This document shows, piece after piece, positions 45,603 to 53,940 of a stretch of 64,000 nt of DNA. Position 1 is the stretch's first letter; each line of letters begins with the position of its first letter. The translations under genes were made by a program, and so were the position numbers. Origin of the DNA: Steroidobacteraceae bacterium (GTDB lineage: Bacteria; Pseudomonadota; Gammaproteobacteria; Steroidobacterales; Steroidobacteraceae); contig DASTDD010000214.1 of NCBI GenBank assembly GCA_035710545.1, positions 895-64,894 on the forward strand, in the 5' to 3' direction. Under the pieces are notes generated by a model, which searched no databases, was not told where the DNA came from, and saw nothing but the letters and a program-made list of their open reading frames with translations.

Positions 45603-46355
45603 TTGGAGCGGCGCGACCCCGATTCGGCCGAGATCGAGCGACTCGTGGAGGCTCGCACCTGCGAGCTGTCCGCGTTCTCGGCGCACCTGCAGGCCCTCGC
45701 CGAGCAGGAGAAATCACAACTTGCGCGCACGCTGCACGATGAGCTGGGCGGCTTGCTGACGGCGGCGAAAATGGATCTGTCATGGCTGCAGTCGCGTATG
45801 TCCGGCTCGCCGATGCAAGAACGTCTGGCGCAACTCGGCGGCGTACTCGATGAGGCGATGGACCTCAAGCGGCGGGTCGTCGAGCAGCTGCGCCCCTCCC
45901 TGCTGGATCATTTCGGTCTGCCGACCGCGATTCGCGCGCACATGGAATCCACCTGCGCTGAGAGGGGGCTCGAATGCGAGGTGCTCGTCGAGCACCCCTG
46001 CGATTCGCTCCCACGAGAGACCGCCATAGGACTGTTTCGCGTCGTCCAGGAGGGACTGTCCAACGTCGTGCGCCACTCGCAGTGTCGCCGGGTCAAGTTG
46101 GTTCTGGCGGGCGAATCGGGTCGCTGCAGGGTCACCCTCGTGGACGATGGCCGGGGATTCGATAGCGGCGCCCCGCTGCAGCCGGGCTCGCACGGGCTCA
46201 TGCGGATGCGGCAGCGAATCCGCTCTCTTGGCGGCTCCATGAGCATCGACTCGCGCCCCGGCGCGGGCACCACGGTACGGTTTGAGGTTCCGGTGGCCGC
46301 GCTGCCATCCGGCGCCCCGAGTTCACCGACAGCAGATTTTCCGACCGCTCGCTAG
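45603..46355 (+). CDS. Histidine kinase, HisKA_3 (NarX/DegS-type) dimerisation domain plus HATPase, with no sensor domain in this ORF
   Basis: LARTLHDELGGLLTAAKMDL H-box, plus N-box and G-box (HATPase_c). TTG at 45603 lies 7 nt after GGAGG. The same frame is open upstream to a TGA at 45462-64. Confidence 0.75.
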   Translation: MERRDPDSAEIERLVEARTCELSAFSAHLQALAEQEKSQLARTLHDELGGLLTAAKMDLSWLQSRMSGSPMQERLAQLGGVLDEAMDLKRRVVEQLRPSLLDHFGLPTAIRAHMESTCAERGLECEVLVEHPCDSLPRETAIGLFRVVQEGLSNVVRHSQCRRVKLVLAGESGRCRVTLVDDGRGFDSGAPLQPGSHGLMRMRQRIRSLGGSMSIDSRPGAGTTVRFEVPVAALPSGAPSSPTADFPTAR

Positions 46356-46801
46356 TGGCTCGAAGCCGGGGGCGCCCACTTCGAATGCCCGTCCACCACG
46401 ATCGCCTTGAGCAGGGCGATGTCACGCATCTTGTCGAGAAAGTAGTCGGCTCCCGCGGCGAAACAGTGGTCACGCACGAAGTCGGACGCGTAGTTGGTCA
46501 GCACGACGATGAGCGGCTGTGACTGGGGCGGATACATCTGGCGGGTGTGCCGGATCACGGCGACGCCGTTGCCCTCCGCGAGCTCGATGTCCACGACCAG
46601 AACGTCAAAGACCGCTTCCTGCAGGCGCTGCAGGGCTTCACTCTGCGTGGTGGCCTGGGCCGCGACTGCCACGCGACCCGGCTCGGACAGGAGGTCGACG
46701 AGGCGCCGCGTCAGCACCGCCGAGTCCTCGATCAGGAGGATACGCCGCTCGACTGCGGGCGTGTCACCGGCGCCGGGGGAGTGCACGTGGGCCGTCGCCA
46801 T
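46352..46801 (-). CDS. Single-domain response regulator (CheY-like receiver)
   Basis: RILLIEDSAV...DVLVVDIELAEGNG...VVLTNYA...ADYFLDK. 149 aa. The stop overlaps the kinase stop (CTAG). Confidence 0.85.
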   Translation of the reverse strand: MATAHVHSPGAGDTPAVERRILLIEDSAVLTRRLVDLLSEPGRVAVAAQATTQSEALQRLQEAVFDVLVVDIELAEGNGVAVIRHTRQMYPPQSQPLIVVLTNYASDFVRDHCFAAGADYFLDKMRDIALLKAIVVDGHSKWAPPASSH

Positions 46802-46804
46802 GAC

Positions 46805-47443
46805 TTACTGGAGCAGATTGTTCTTGATGGCGTAGTACGTGATGTCGGCATTCGTCTTCATGCTCATCTTCTCCAGGATCCTGGTGCGGTAGGTGCTGAC
46901 CGTCTTGACGCTCAGAAACAGCTTGGCCGCGATCTCGGACACGCTCTTGCCTTCGGCGAGCTTGCAGAAGATCTGGAATTCACGCTCCGAGAGCACACTG
47001 TGGCGCGGCTCGCCCGCGGCACCCTGCATCCCGCTGACGAGCATCTCGGCCAGTTCCGGACTCACATATCGCCCGCCGCGCACGGCCGCACGAATCGCCC
47101 GGCACAGCTCGCCGTCATCGGCCGTCTTGCTCACGAAGCCGCTGGCGCCGGCCCGCAGGACGTTCAGTCCGTACTGGTTCTCGGGGTAGGCGCTCAGGAC
47201 CAGCGTGGCCACCGTCTCGTGATGCGCCTTGATCTGCCGCAGCACGTCGAGCCCTGACATGTCGGGCAGCGAGAGATCCAGCAACAGCACGTCGCACGTC
47301 GCCGACCGGAGCAGCGCCAGGGCTTCGCGCCCGGTCTTGGCTTCGCCCGCCCAGCTGAAGTCGGGCTGGCTTTCGATGATCTGCTTCAGCCCGAGACGCA
47401 CGAGCTGATGATCGTCTACGACTGCGACACGGGTGGCTGGCAT
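46805..47443 (-). CDS. NarL/FixJ (LuxR-type HTH) response regulator
   Basis: RVAVVDDHQLVRLGLKQI...DVLLLDLSLPDMSG receiver, and C-terminal LSEREFQIFCKLAEGKSVSEIAAKLFLSVKTVSTYR. Confidence 0.9.
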   Translation of the reverse strand: MPATRVAVVDDHQLVRLGLKQIIESQPDFSWAGEAKTGREALALLRSATCDVLLLDLSLPDMSGLDVLRQIKAHHETVATLVLSAYPENQYGLNVLRAGASGFVSKTADDGELCRAIRAAVRGGRYVSPELAEMLVSGMQGAAGEPRHSVLSEREFQIFCKLAEGKSVSEIAAKLFLSVKTVSTYRTRILEKMSMKTNADITYYAIKNNLLQ

Positions 47444-47654
47444 GATGGCGTCGTGTTTGCCTTGTGTGCTTACCGGGACCGCGACCGTGTTTCCCATGGG
47501 GCAAAGAAGGTACGCGCGTGCCCGGTCAGGCGGATGTGGGAGTCGCGGAGCGTGCGTGGCAGCGTAAGCCTCACCATCGTGTAGGAATCGTCCGACAGGC
47601 GGAAGATCCCTGCTGTGAACGCCACGGGGACCGCAGCTCCCATGTCCGCCCGGC

Positions 47655-49049
47655 TCAGGGCGCCGAATCCTGCGCGTTCACCGGCTCTTCCTTGGCATCC
47701 ACACCCACCGATTCCTTGCCGTTGTAGGCCTCCAGGCGGTTATACAGCGTCTTGAGGCTCACCCCGAGAATCTCGGCGGCCTTGCGCTTCACGTGGCCGC
47801 AGTATGCGAGTGTGGCCATGGTCACCCGCCGCTCGACCTCCTCGAGGGGCGTTCCCACCCGGATCGTGATCGTCATGCTGTCCTCGCCCTTGGGCGCGCT
47901 GTCCGCGTTTCCGATCTCGAACTCGATCACCTCGTCAGCCATGATGAACGTTCGTTGCACGTAGTTCTTCAGCTCACGCACATTGCCGGGCCACGCATGC
48001 TGGTAGAGGCGGACGAGCGCATCGCGTGAGAAGGTCTTGTTGGTTCCCTCGCCGCGGTTGAGCTCATCGAGGAAGAACTGCGCCAGCTGCTCGATATCGG
48101 AGCCGCGCTCACGCAGCGGCGGAAGGCGGATCGGAAACACGTTGAGCCGGTGGTAGAGATCTTCCCGAAGCTTGCCATCGGTGACGGCCTTCTCGGGCTC
48201 GCGGTTGGTCGCACAGATGACGCGCACGTCGCTGGCTATGGTCTGGGTACCGCCGACCCGGGTCACCGTCCCGGTCTCGAGCACGCGCAGCAGTTTCACC
48301 TGCAGCTCCATGGGCATCTCGGTGATCTCATCGAGAAAGATCGTGCCGCCGTTGGCGCGCTCGAAAAAGCCCTTGTGCTGGCGGTCGGCGCCGGTGAAGC
48401 TGCCGCGCTCATGCCCGAACAGCTCGCTTTCGATGAGCTGCGGGGCGACGGCGCCGCAATTGAGGGGCAGGAATGCGGCATCGCGCCGTCGCGAAAGCTC
48501 GTGCACCGTGGCGGCAGCGAGCTCCTTTCCGGTTCCGCTTTCGCCGATGAGAATCACCGTCGCGGAGGTCGGGGCCACGCGGCTGAGCTGATCGTAAAGG
48601 ACTTGCATGCGCGGGGAGCTGCCCAGGATTCGTCCGAAACGTCCCAGCCGCCGCAATTCCTCGCGCAGCTCGCCGATCTCATGCTGCAGGGCCGAGGTCT
48701 TCTTGGCGTGACGAAGGACGGCCTGCACCCGGTCGAGGTCCGCCGGTTTCACGAGGTAATCGCTCGCGCCCGCGCGCAGCGCCGCTACTGCGCTGTCGAC
48801 CGTCGCGTGGCCGGTCACGATGATGACTTCGGTCGCCTCCGGCTTCTCCAGCTCACGCACCAGCTCGATCCCCTCCCCATCCGGAAGGCGCAGATCGGTC
48901 AGCAGAACATCCGGACGCTGCCGTCCGAGCTCGATCCGGGCATCCCGCAGGCTGTGCGCGCGAGCACTGGTAAACCCTTCCATGCGGGCGACTTCCTGAA
49001 GCCAGTCCACGACATCCGCGTCGTCGTCGACTATCAAAGCGTGTGCCAT
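47655..49049 (-). CDS. Sigma54-dependent (NtrC-family) response regulator / bacterial enhancer-binding protein
   Basis: Receiver (LIVDDD..LLTDLRLPDG), AAA+ (GESGTGKE, the GAFTGA-type loop ERGSFTGA, RVICATN), and a Fis-type HTH (AAEILGVSLKTLYNRL). Good SD (GAGGA). Confidence 0.9.
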   Translation of the reverse strand: MAHALIVDDDADVVDWLQEVARMEGFTSARAHSLRDARIELGRQRPDVLLTDLRLPDGEGIELVRELEKPEATEVIIVTGHATVDSAVAALRAGASDYLVKPADLDRVQAVLRHAKKTSALQHEIGELREELRRLGRFGRILGSSPRMQVLYDQLSRVAPTSATVILIGESGTGKELAAATVHELSRRRDAAFLPLNCGAVAPQLIESELFGHERGSFTGADRQHKGFFERANGGTIFLDEITEMPMELQVKLLRVLETGTVTRVGGTQTIASDVRVICATNREPEKAVTDGKLREDLYHRLNVFPIRLPPLRERGSDIEQLAQFFLDELNRGEGTNKTFSRDALVRLYQHAWPGNVRELKNYVQRTFIMADEVIEFEIGNADSAPKGEDSMTITIRVGTPLEEVERRVTMATLAYCGHVKRKAAEILGVSLKTLYNRLEAYNGKESVGVDAKEEPVNAQDSAP

Positions 49050-49369
49050 TGATTCCTCGAAAGCTCAGATTTCAGTCTAGGCCCCGGCGCCCCACCCGCA
49101 AATGTCGCCATGGCCAGACAGGGGTGAATGGCGGCAACTTTCTCCTGTTCATAACGATTATCGCCCCAGGACGGCACCGAACAGCCGACCGCTCGCAGCC
49201 GATCGCGTCGCCGGGGGAGGGCCGACCACTGGCGGCGGCCATGTCGGGCGGGCCCCGAGACTATCACGGCGCGCTATACGGGAGTTGCCAGTAAGGTGCG
49301 GTACTGGCGTTGAAGCACGCAGCCGCGGGATCGTGCTGGATCCTCGAGCGGCGCAAGCGCTTGATTTTC

Positions 49370-49399
49370 GGTGCGCTGCCGGGGTTGCGCGCCCTTTTT
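49370..49399 (+). terminator. Orphan terminator-like hairpin on the plus strand
   Basis: GGTGCGC (49370-76) / GCGCGCC (49387-93) with one G.U pair and a 10-nt loop, followed by CTTTTTGG. I can support no plus-strand gene upstream of it. Confidence 0.25.
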
Positions 49400-49402
49400 G
49401 GG

Positions 49403-50593
49403 TCAGAGATCGACCGCACCCGGCGAAGCGCGGCTCAGGGGCAAGCCCGAGATCCCGCTCGCGATGATGGAGCTCACCATGACGACGAGCGTGATTCCCG
49501 CCAGCTCCCGTGCGAACGGCGCGCTCAGCCCGCGATCGATGGCGAGCGCCAGACAGTACAGGGTGGCGACGCCTCGCGGGCCGAACCAGGCGACTCCCCG
49601 CCAATGGGACTCGGGCACCGCGACACCTCCCAGGCCCAGGCGCACGGCGAGCGGCCGTATCAGCAGAAGCAGCAGGGCTGCGAAGACGAGCATCCGCGCT
49701 CGGAATTCGACGCTGGCAACGAGCGAACCCAGGAGCACGATGACGGACAGCCAGGCACACCGCTCGATTCGCCCGGCGATCCGCAGTACCCGCGGCATCA
49801 GTGGGCGGTTTCGCAGGGGGCGCCACAAGCGGCCGCCATGGCTCAGCGCGACGCCGGCTGCAAACACCGCCGGAAACCCGTCCGTGCGCATCAGGAGTGC
49901 GGCTCCATAAGCCAGGGCAGCCGCCGCAAAGACCATGGCCTCCTCGAGGAAATCCGTCTGTCGCTCCGGATCCAGCAGCGTGATGCAGCGCGCGGCGCCC
50001 GCCCCGGTCAGCCAGCCGATGCTGAAGCCACCGGCGACCGCCCAAAGCGCCATGAGGGACATTGAGCTCAGTGCGCCGGTGTCCGAGTCGCTCAGTCCCA
50101 TCATTGCAAGAACCAGCAGCACGAGGGCGGTGGCCAGACCGTTGTTGAGGCCCGCCTCGGCGCCGAGCACGAACGACAGGCCGTCGTGCTCGCCTTCGGA
50201 GTGAGGCATCGTATCCGAGGCCAGTACCGAGTCGGTCGGCGCGACAATCGCCCCGAGCAGCAACGACTGCGCGAGGCTCATGTCGAACATCAGATGGGCG
50301 ACTGCTGCAGCCATTGCCGCGGCCGCCGCCATGGCCAGCGTCGAGAGTCGCACCGGCATCTGCCAGAAGCGCCACCGGAGGGGCACTCGCAGGCGCAGTC
50401 CCGCGCAAAATAGACAGATCAGCAGTGCAATCTCGCTCAGGGACTCGATCGGTGCGCCATCGTCCACCAGCTGAGGCCGCAGCAGCCGCAATCCGAACGG
50501 ACCGAGAACCATGCCCAGCGCGAGCGCGACGACCGCCGCCAGAGCGGGGCGCCTGAGCAGCACGAAGTCGATTCTATTGCCGGGCGTGCTCAC
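49403..50593 (-). CDS. Cation:proton antiporter (CPA1, Na+/H+ exchanger family)
   Basis: 396 aa and polytopic, with Na_H_Exchanger-like segments (LLGAIVAPTD). GTG start at 50593 overlaps the upstream gene's end by 20 nt. Confidence 0.8.
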   Translation of the reverse strand: MSTPGNRIDFVLLRRPALAAVVALALGMVLGPFGLRLLRPQLVDDGAPIESLSEIALLICLFCAGLRLRVPLRWRFWQMPVRLSTLAMAAAAAMAAAVAHLMFDMSLAQSLLLGAIVAPTDSVLASDTMPHSEGEHDGLSFVLGAEAGLNNGLATALVLLVLAMMGLSDSDTGALSSMSLMALWAVAGGFSIGWLTGAGAARCITLLDPERQTDFLEEAMVFAAAALAYGAALLMRTDGFPAVFAAGVALSHGGRLWRPLRNRPLMPRVLRIAGRIERCAWLSVIVLLGSLVASVEFRARMLVFAALLLLLIRPLAVRLGLGGVAVPESHWRGVAWFGPRGVATLYCLALAIDRGLSAPFARELAGITLVVMVSSIIASGISGLPLSRASPGAVDL

Positions 50594-51062
50594 CGTAGCT
50601 CATGACGACTGTCCCGCCGGCAGGCGGTTCACCGGGCAACATCCGGATCTGCTGGCGGTCGTTCATCAAGTCCTCGAACTGCCGCAACACCACCTGCCGC
50701 ACGTACTCAGGCAGATGATCATCCAGCGCGTTGCGGTATACCTCGAGCGCATGATCCTCCCCGCGCTCGCACTCGTCTACGAGCGCGCCGTCGTCATTCA
50801 GCGTCAGTGCGGCATGCAGATTGACCCAGCCGCGCCGCGCCCCGCCCGGTATTACCCAGCGAATGCCGGGGTCACCGCCGCAGCGATCGATGAGATCGCG
50901 CAACTCAGCGGCTGCGCTGCGCCGGCGATCCGCAATTGCCGAGAAGAGCGCCCGCAGGGAGGAGCTGCCGACGTGCTCCGCGCACGTCCGAAATCCGCGC
51001 TCACCTGTCCGAGTGACGCTCAAAAGTTCGTTCAGGGCGACGCTCAAAAAGCGATGGCTCAT
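50574..51062 (-). CDS. DUF2383 / PA2169-family four-helix-bundle (ferritin-like) protein
   Basis: LNELLSVTRTGERGFRTCAEHV...LFSAIADRRRSAAAELRDLI is the TIGR02284-like pattern. Start at MSHRF (cat at 51060-62). Confidence 0.7.
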   Translation of the reverse strand: MSHRFLSVALNELLSVTRTGERGFRTCAEHVGSSSLRALFSAIADRRRSAAAELRDLIDRCGGDPGIRWVIPGGARRGWVNLHAALTLNDDGALVDECERGEDHALEVYRNALDDHLPEYVRQVVLRQFEDLMNDRQQIRMLPGEPPAGGTVVMSYGEHARQ

Positions 51063-51557
51063 GGGACACCTCAACATCCGAGAACGAGCCGCGAGTGCCG
51101 CCGGAGCGGATTCGGGCGGCTCGCAATCCAGCAGGAGATGTGCCCATCGGGGCTCGCGGGTGACTCGAAAATCGGCCGCTGCCGGTGGCTCCCGCGGTCG
51201 CCCCGCGAGAGCGCCGAGCCGCGGGAATTTTTTTCACGGCAGGTATGATTTACACGCAGCGGGGGAGCTGCCGCGGCTGTCTTCTCCGTCCGCCCGACCC
51301 ATCCTTGGTTGGTGCACGACCACGCGGCCCAACCTGATGCCGCAAGGAACGTGAGTGCCGTGTTGAGATGGCAGGCGCGACATAATGCTGCGCGCTTTGC
51401 GGCCCCGGAAGCGGCCCCAGCCGGATCTCCACAGGCTGCGACCGGCCCGGGCGACCTGTGTGCGGAGGTTCTGCGGGTCTCGGGGAGCCTTGTGAATCCC
51501 TCGACTTCCGCTCCTGAGCCCAGAGCTCGAGCATGGCCTCTGCGTGGCTGCCTGCGC

Positions 51558-51573
51558 TGGCACGAGCGTTGCA
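51558..51573 (+). promoter_or_regulatory. Sigma54 promoter P1, TGGCACGAGCGTTGCA
   Basis: Matches TGGCACG-N4-TTGCW at every conserved position. GG at 51559-60 and GC at 51571-72. Predicted TSS near 51584. Confidence 0.6.
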
Positions 51574-51581
51574 TACGGGAT

Positions 51582-51596
51582 GGGCACGCCCTTTGC
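51582..51596 (+). promoter_or_regulatory. Sigma54 promoter P2, GGGCACGCCCTTTGC
   Basis: GGCAC-N5-TTGC with correct spacing, 24 bp downstream of P1. Predicted TSS near 51608. Overlaps the small hairpin ACGCCC-TTTGC-GGGCGT-TTTT (51586-51606). Confidence 0.45.
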
Positions 51597-51701
51597 GGGC
51601 GTTTTTGGCGTATCAGATTCGCGCCATGGCCCTCGGGCGGTGGCGCCTACAGAAGACCCCCCGTTTGGCGGGCTGTGGTGCGACCAGCCCGCTCTTTTTT
51701 T
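51584..51701 (+). ncRNA. Candidate sigma54-dependent small RNA or terminator-containing 5' leader (about 95-118 nt)
   Basis: Bounded by P1/P2 and an intrinsic terminator. No SD-preceded ORF inside. Lies in a 670-bp intergenic gap of the regulatory island. Confidence 0.35.
51668..51701 (+). terminator. Rho-independent terminator
   Basis: 8-bp stem GCGGGCTG (51668-75) / CAGCCCGC (51685-92) with a 9-nt loop, followed by TCTTTTTTT. Confidence 0.65.
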
Positions 51702-51782
51702 GCCCGCTGCAGACCGGGGACCTCACAGGTCGCCAACAGCTAACAGTTGCACGCGGCGCGCGAAGGGTTCACATTTCGCACC

Positions 51783-52070
51783 ATGGACGGGGCGCAGCAG
51801 ACGGCAATACACCAGGCGCTGGTCACAGTGCAGCAGGCTGTGACCAGCATGACCTTCCCCAGCTGCGATCAGGGTGATTTGATCGAGCTCATCGATCGGA
51901 TCGAAGAGCAGCTGCATGCCAACCACCCGAACGTTCCCATGATGTGCACGTTTCTCAACTCGATCGCACGCAGCCTGCGTGCGCAGCCGGAAGCGCGCGA
52001 AGTATGCCTCGTCATCGAGGATGCGATCGGAGCGGCCGGCCTCCCCAGCACCTGGCAGTCCGGAATCTGA
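51783..52070 (+). CDS. Hypothetical small cytoplasmic protein (95 aa; 107 aa if it starts at TTG 51747)
   Basis: High third-position GC and helical-looking sequence (DLIELIDRIEEQLHANHP). No recognisable family and a weak SD. Stops 6 nt from the convergent hybrid kinase stop. Confidence 0.4.
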   Translation: MDGAQQTAIHQALVTVQQAVTSMTFPSCDQGDLIELIDRIEEQLHANHPNVPMMCTFLNSIARSLRAQPEAREVCLVIEDAIGAAGLPSTWQSGI

Positions 52071-52076
52071 GTACAG

Positions 52077-53738
52077 TCACCTGGCGCCGCTTGCCAGGCG
52101 GCGCACCATCGGCACGAACGCATCGAGATCGACCGGTTTGGCCACGTGCAGGTCGAATCCGGCGTCCATTGCCGCTGCGACATCGCTCTTCGAGGCATAG
52201 CCGGTAACGGCGATCGCCAGCAGCTGCCGCCCTGTCTGCAAAGCGCGCAGCCTGCGCACCAGCGAATACCCATCCTCCTCGGGCATTGCGATGTCGGTCA
52301 CCACGATGTCGAAGTGCGCATCGGGCTCCTGCACCTTCGCGAAGGCGGAACCGGCCGAGTCCGTCACCGTCACGCGCGCCCCTTCCAGCCTCAGTGTCTC
52401 GGCGACCACGGTGCGCGCATCGGACTCGTCATCCACCACCAGAATGGAAAGGCCACGCAGGCTGTCCCCGTCGCGGCTGCGACCGGCGCCGTCTGAGGAG
52501 GGTGCCTCCGCCGCGCGCCACGCCGGTCGCGCCGGGAACCGGATCGTGAAAGCCGCACCGGCGCCCGGGCCGCCGCTCATGGCGGAGACCGAGCCGCCAT
52601 GCAGAGTGACGATCTCACGCACCAGAGCGAGCCCGAGTCCCAGTCCTCCTGCCTGACGGGTGCTCGAGCTGTCGCCCTGGCGAAACCTGTCGAAGACATG
52701 CGGCAGAAGATCGGCGCCGATTCCCTGCCCCGTGTCGCGCACCGTCAGCTCCGCGAACCCGCTCCGATTGCGCAGGGTCACCGTGATGCGTCCGCCCGCC
52801 GGTGTGAATTTCAAAGCATTCGAAAGCAGGTTGGAGATGACCTGCTGCAGCCGGTCCGGATCGCCGCGCAGCGCCCCCCCGCCCGGCTCGAAGTCAGCCA
52901 CGATCGCGATGGATTTGGCCGCGGCCACCGGTCTGGCCAGATCGAGCGCGGCCGCAGCGACCTGGGCGAGTTGCATCGGGCGCGGCTCGATGCGCAGCTT
53001 GCCGGTCTCGATGCGCCCGAGATCGAGCAGGTCGTTCACCATTTTCAGCTGCGCACGCGCGCTATGGTCGATGCGCGCGCAGATCGAGGCCACCTCCGGG
53101 TCCTCGGCTCGCTTCAGGGCGAGAATGCGGTTCCAGCCCAGGATGGCATTCAGCGGCGAGCGCAGCTCGTGCGAGAACATCGACAGAAACTGATCCTTGC
53201 CGCGATTGGCGGACTCCGCTTCCGTCCGCAGCCGCCGCTCATTCTCGACCGCCTCCATCTGCCGGCGTCCCTGAGTCGCGGCTGCTGCAGCCTCCACGCT
53301 GACATTGCGCGAAGTCAGGAACAGCGCGGAGGCGCCACCACCGTTGTGCACCGAGCGGCCTCGCAGGGCGATCGACTGCGGGAGGCCACCGGGCCACCGG
53401 GTTTGCACCAGCAGGTCGAGATCACCGCCCTCACGCAGTGCCGTGTCGAGCATGTCGATCAGCACATCGCGATACTCGTCCGCGATCCGGCTCACCAGGT
53501 CCCTGTAGTCCGGCAGCGCGTCCGGCGGCCACCCGAACTCCGCCTTGAATTGGGAATTGGCCTGCAATGCTCGCGTGGCGCCATCGATGCGGCAGAAGCC
53601 GAGGCGCGCGATCGCGAGCACGATGTCCAGTTCGTCCTTGCGCAGCGCGAGGGAAGCGCACAGCGCCTGCGCGAGCGCCAGCGCCTGATCCTGCGCAGCA
53701 CTGGGGGAACCGGGGCTGTCGTCGTGAATTGATCTCAT
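52077..53738 (-). CDS. Hybrid sensor histidine kinase/response regulator (PAS-like, HisKA, HATPase, REC), cytoplasmic
   Basis: FLSMFSHELRSPLNAILGW H-box, HATPase N/G boxes, and a C-terminal receiver ILVVDDE...DIVVTDIAMPEEDG...AKP. No TM segments. Confidence 0.9.
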   Translation of the reverse strand: MRSIHDDSPGSPSAAQDQALALAQALCASLALRKDELDIVLAIARLGFCRIDGATRALQANSQFKAEFGWPPDALPDYRDLVSRIADEYRDVLIDMLDTALREGGDLDLLVQTRWPGGLPQSIALRGRSVHNGGGASALFLTSRNVSVEAAAAATQGRRQMEAVENERRLRTEAESANRGKDQFLSMFSHELRSPLNAILGWNRILALKRAEDPEVASICARIDHSARAQLKMVNDLLDLGRIETGKLRIEPRPMQLAQVAAAALDLARPVAAAKSIAIVADFEPGGGALRGDPDRLQQVISNLLSNALKFTPAGGRITVTLRNRSGFAELTVRDTGQGIGADLLPHVFDRFRQGDSSSTRQAGGLGLGLALVREIVTLHGGSVSAMSGGPGAGAAFTIRFPARPAWRAAEAPSSDGAGRSRDGDSLRGLSILVVDDESDARTVVAETLRLEGARVTVTDSAGSAFAKVQEPDAHFDIVVTDIAMPEEDGYSLVRRLRALQTGRQLLAIAVTGYASKSDVAAAMDAGFDLHVAKPVDLDAFVPMVRRLASGAR

Positions 53739-53885
53739 ACCGTTCGCATTGATCTCGCAGCGACAGCGCGCGGTTTACGGCGTTTCTTACACGCCGTTGC
53801 AAGTTCTCCGTCGGGGGCGGAACCCGGGGGCACTGAAACGGCGGAGCGAGCCCCTGAGGAGCGCCTGCCGCTTCCTCTGAAGCTC

Positions 53886-53900
53886 TGGCATAGCTGTTGC
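53886..53900 (+). promoter_or_regulatory. Sigma54 promoter TGGCATAGCTGTTGC upstream of rpoN
   Basis: TGGCAT-N5-TTGCT with correct GG/GC spacing. The predicted TSS near 53912 is about 30 nt upstream of the rpoN ATG. GAGGA SD at 53927-31. Confidence 0.6.
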
Positions 53901-53940
53901 TGTGATTTCAGTCGATCGCTTTGCTCGAGGATTCCCGCCA

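Noticed and set aside
49158-50408. 416-aa minus-strand ORF in an alternative frame of the CPA1 antiporter gene
   Set aside because: It is on the same strand but off-frame and gives an Arg/Gly/Ala/Pro-rich product. The 49403-50593 frame gives a coherent polytopic membrane protein.
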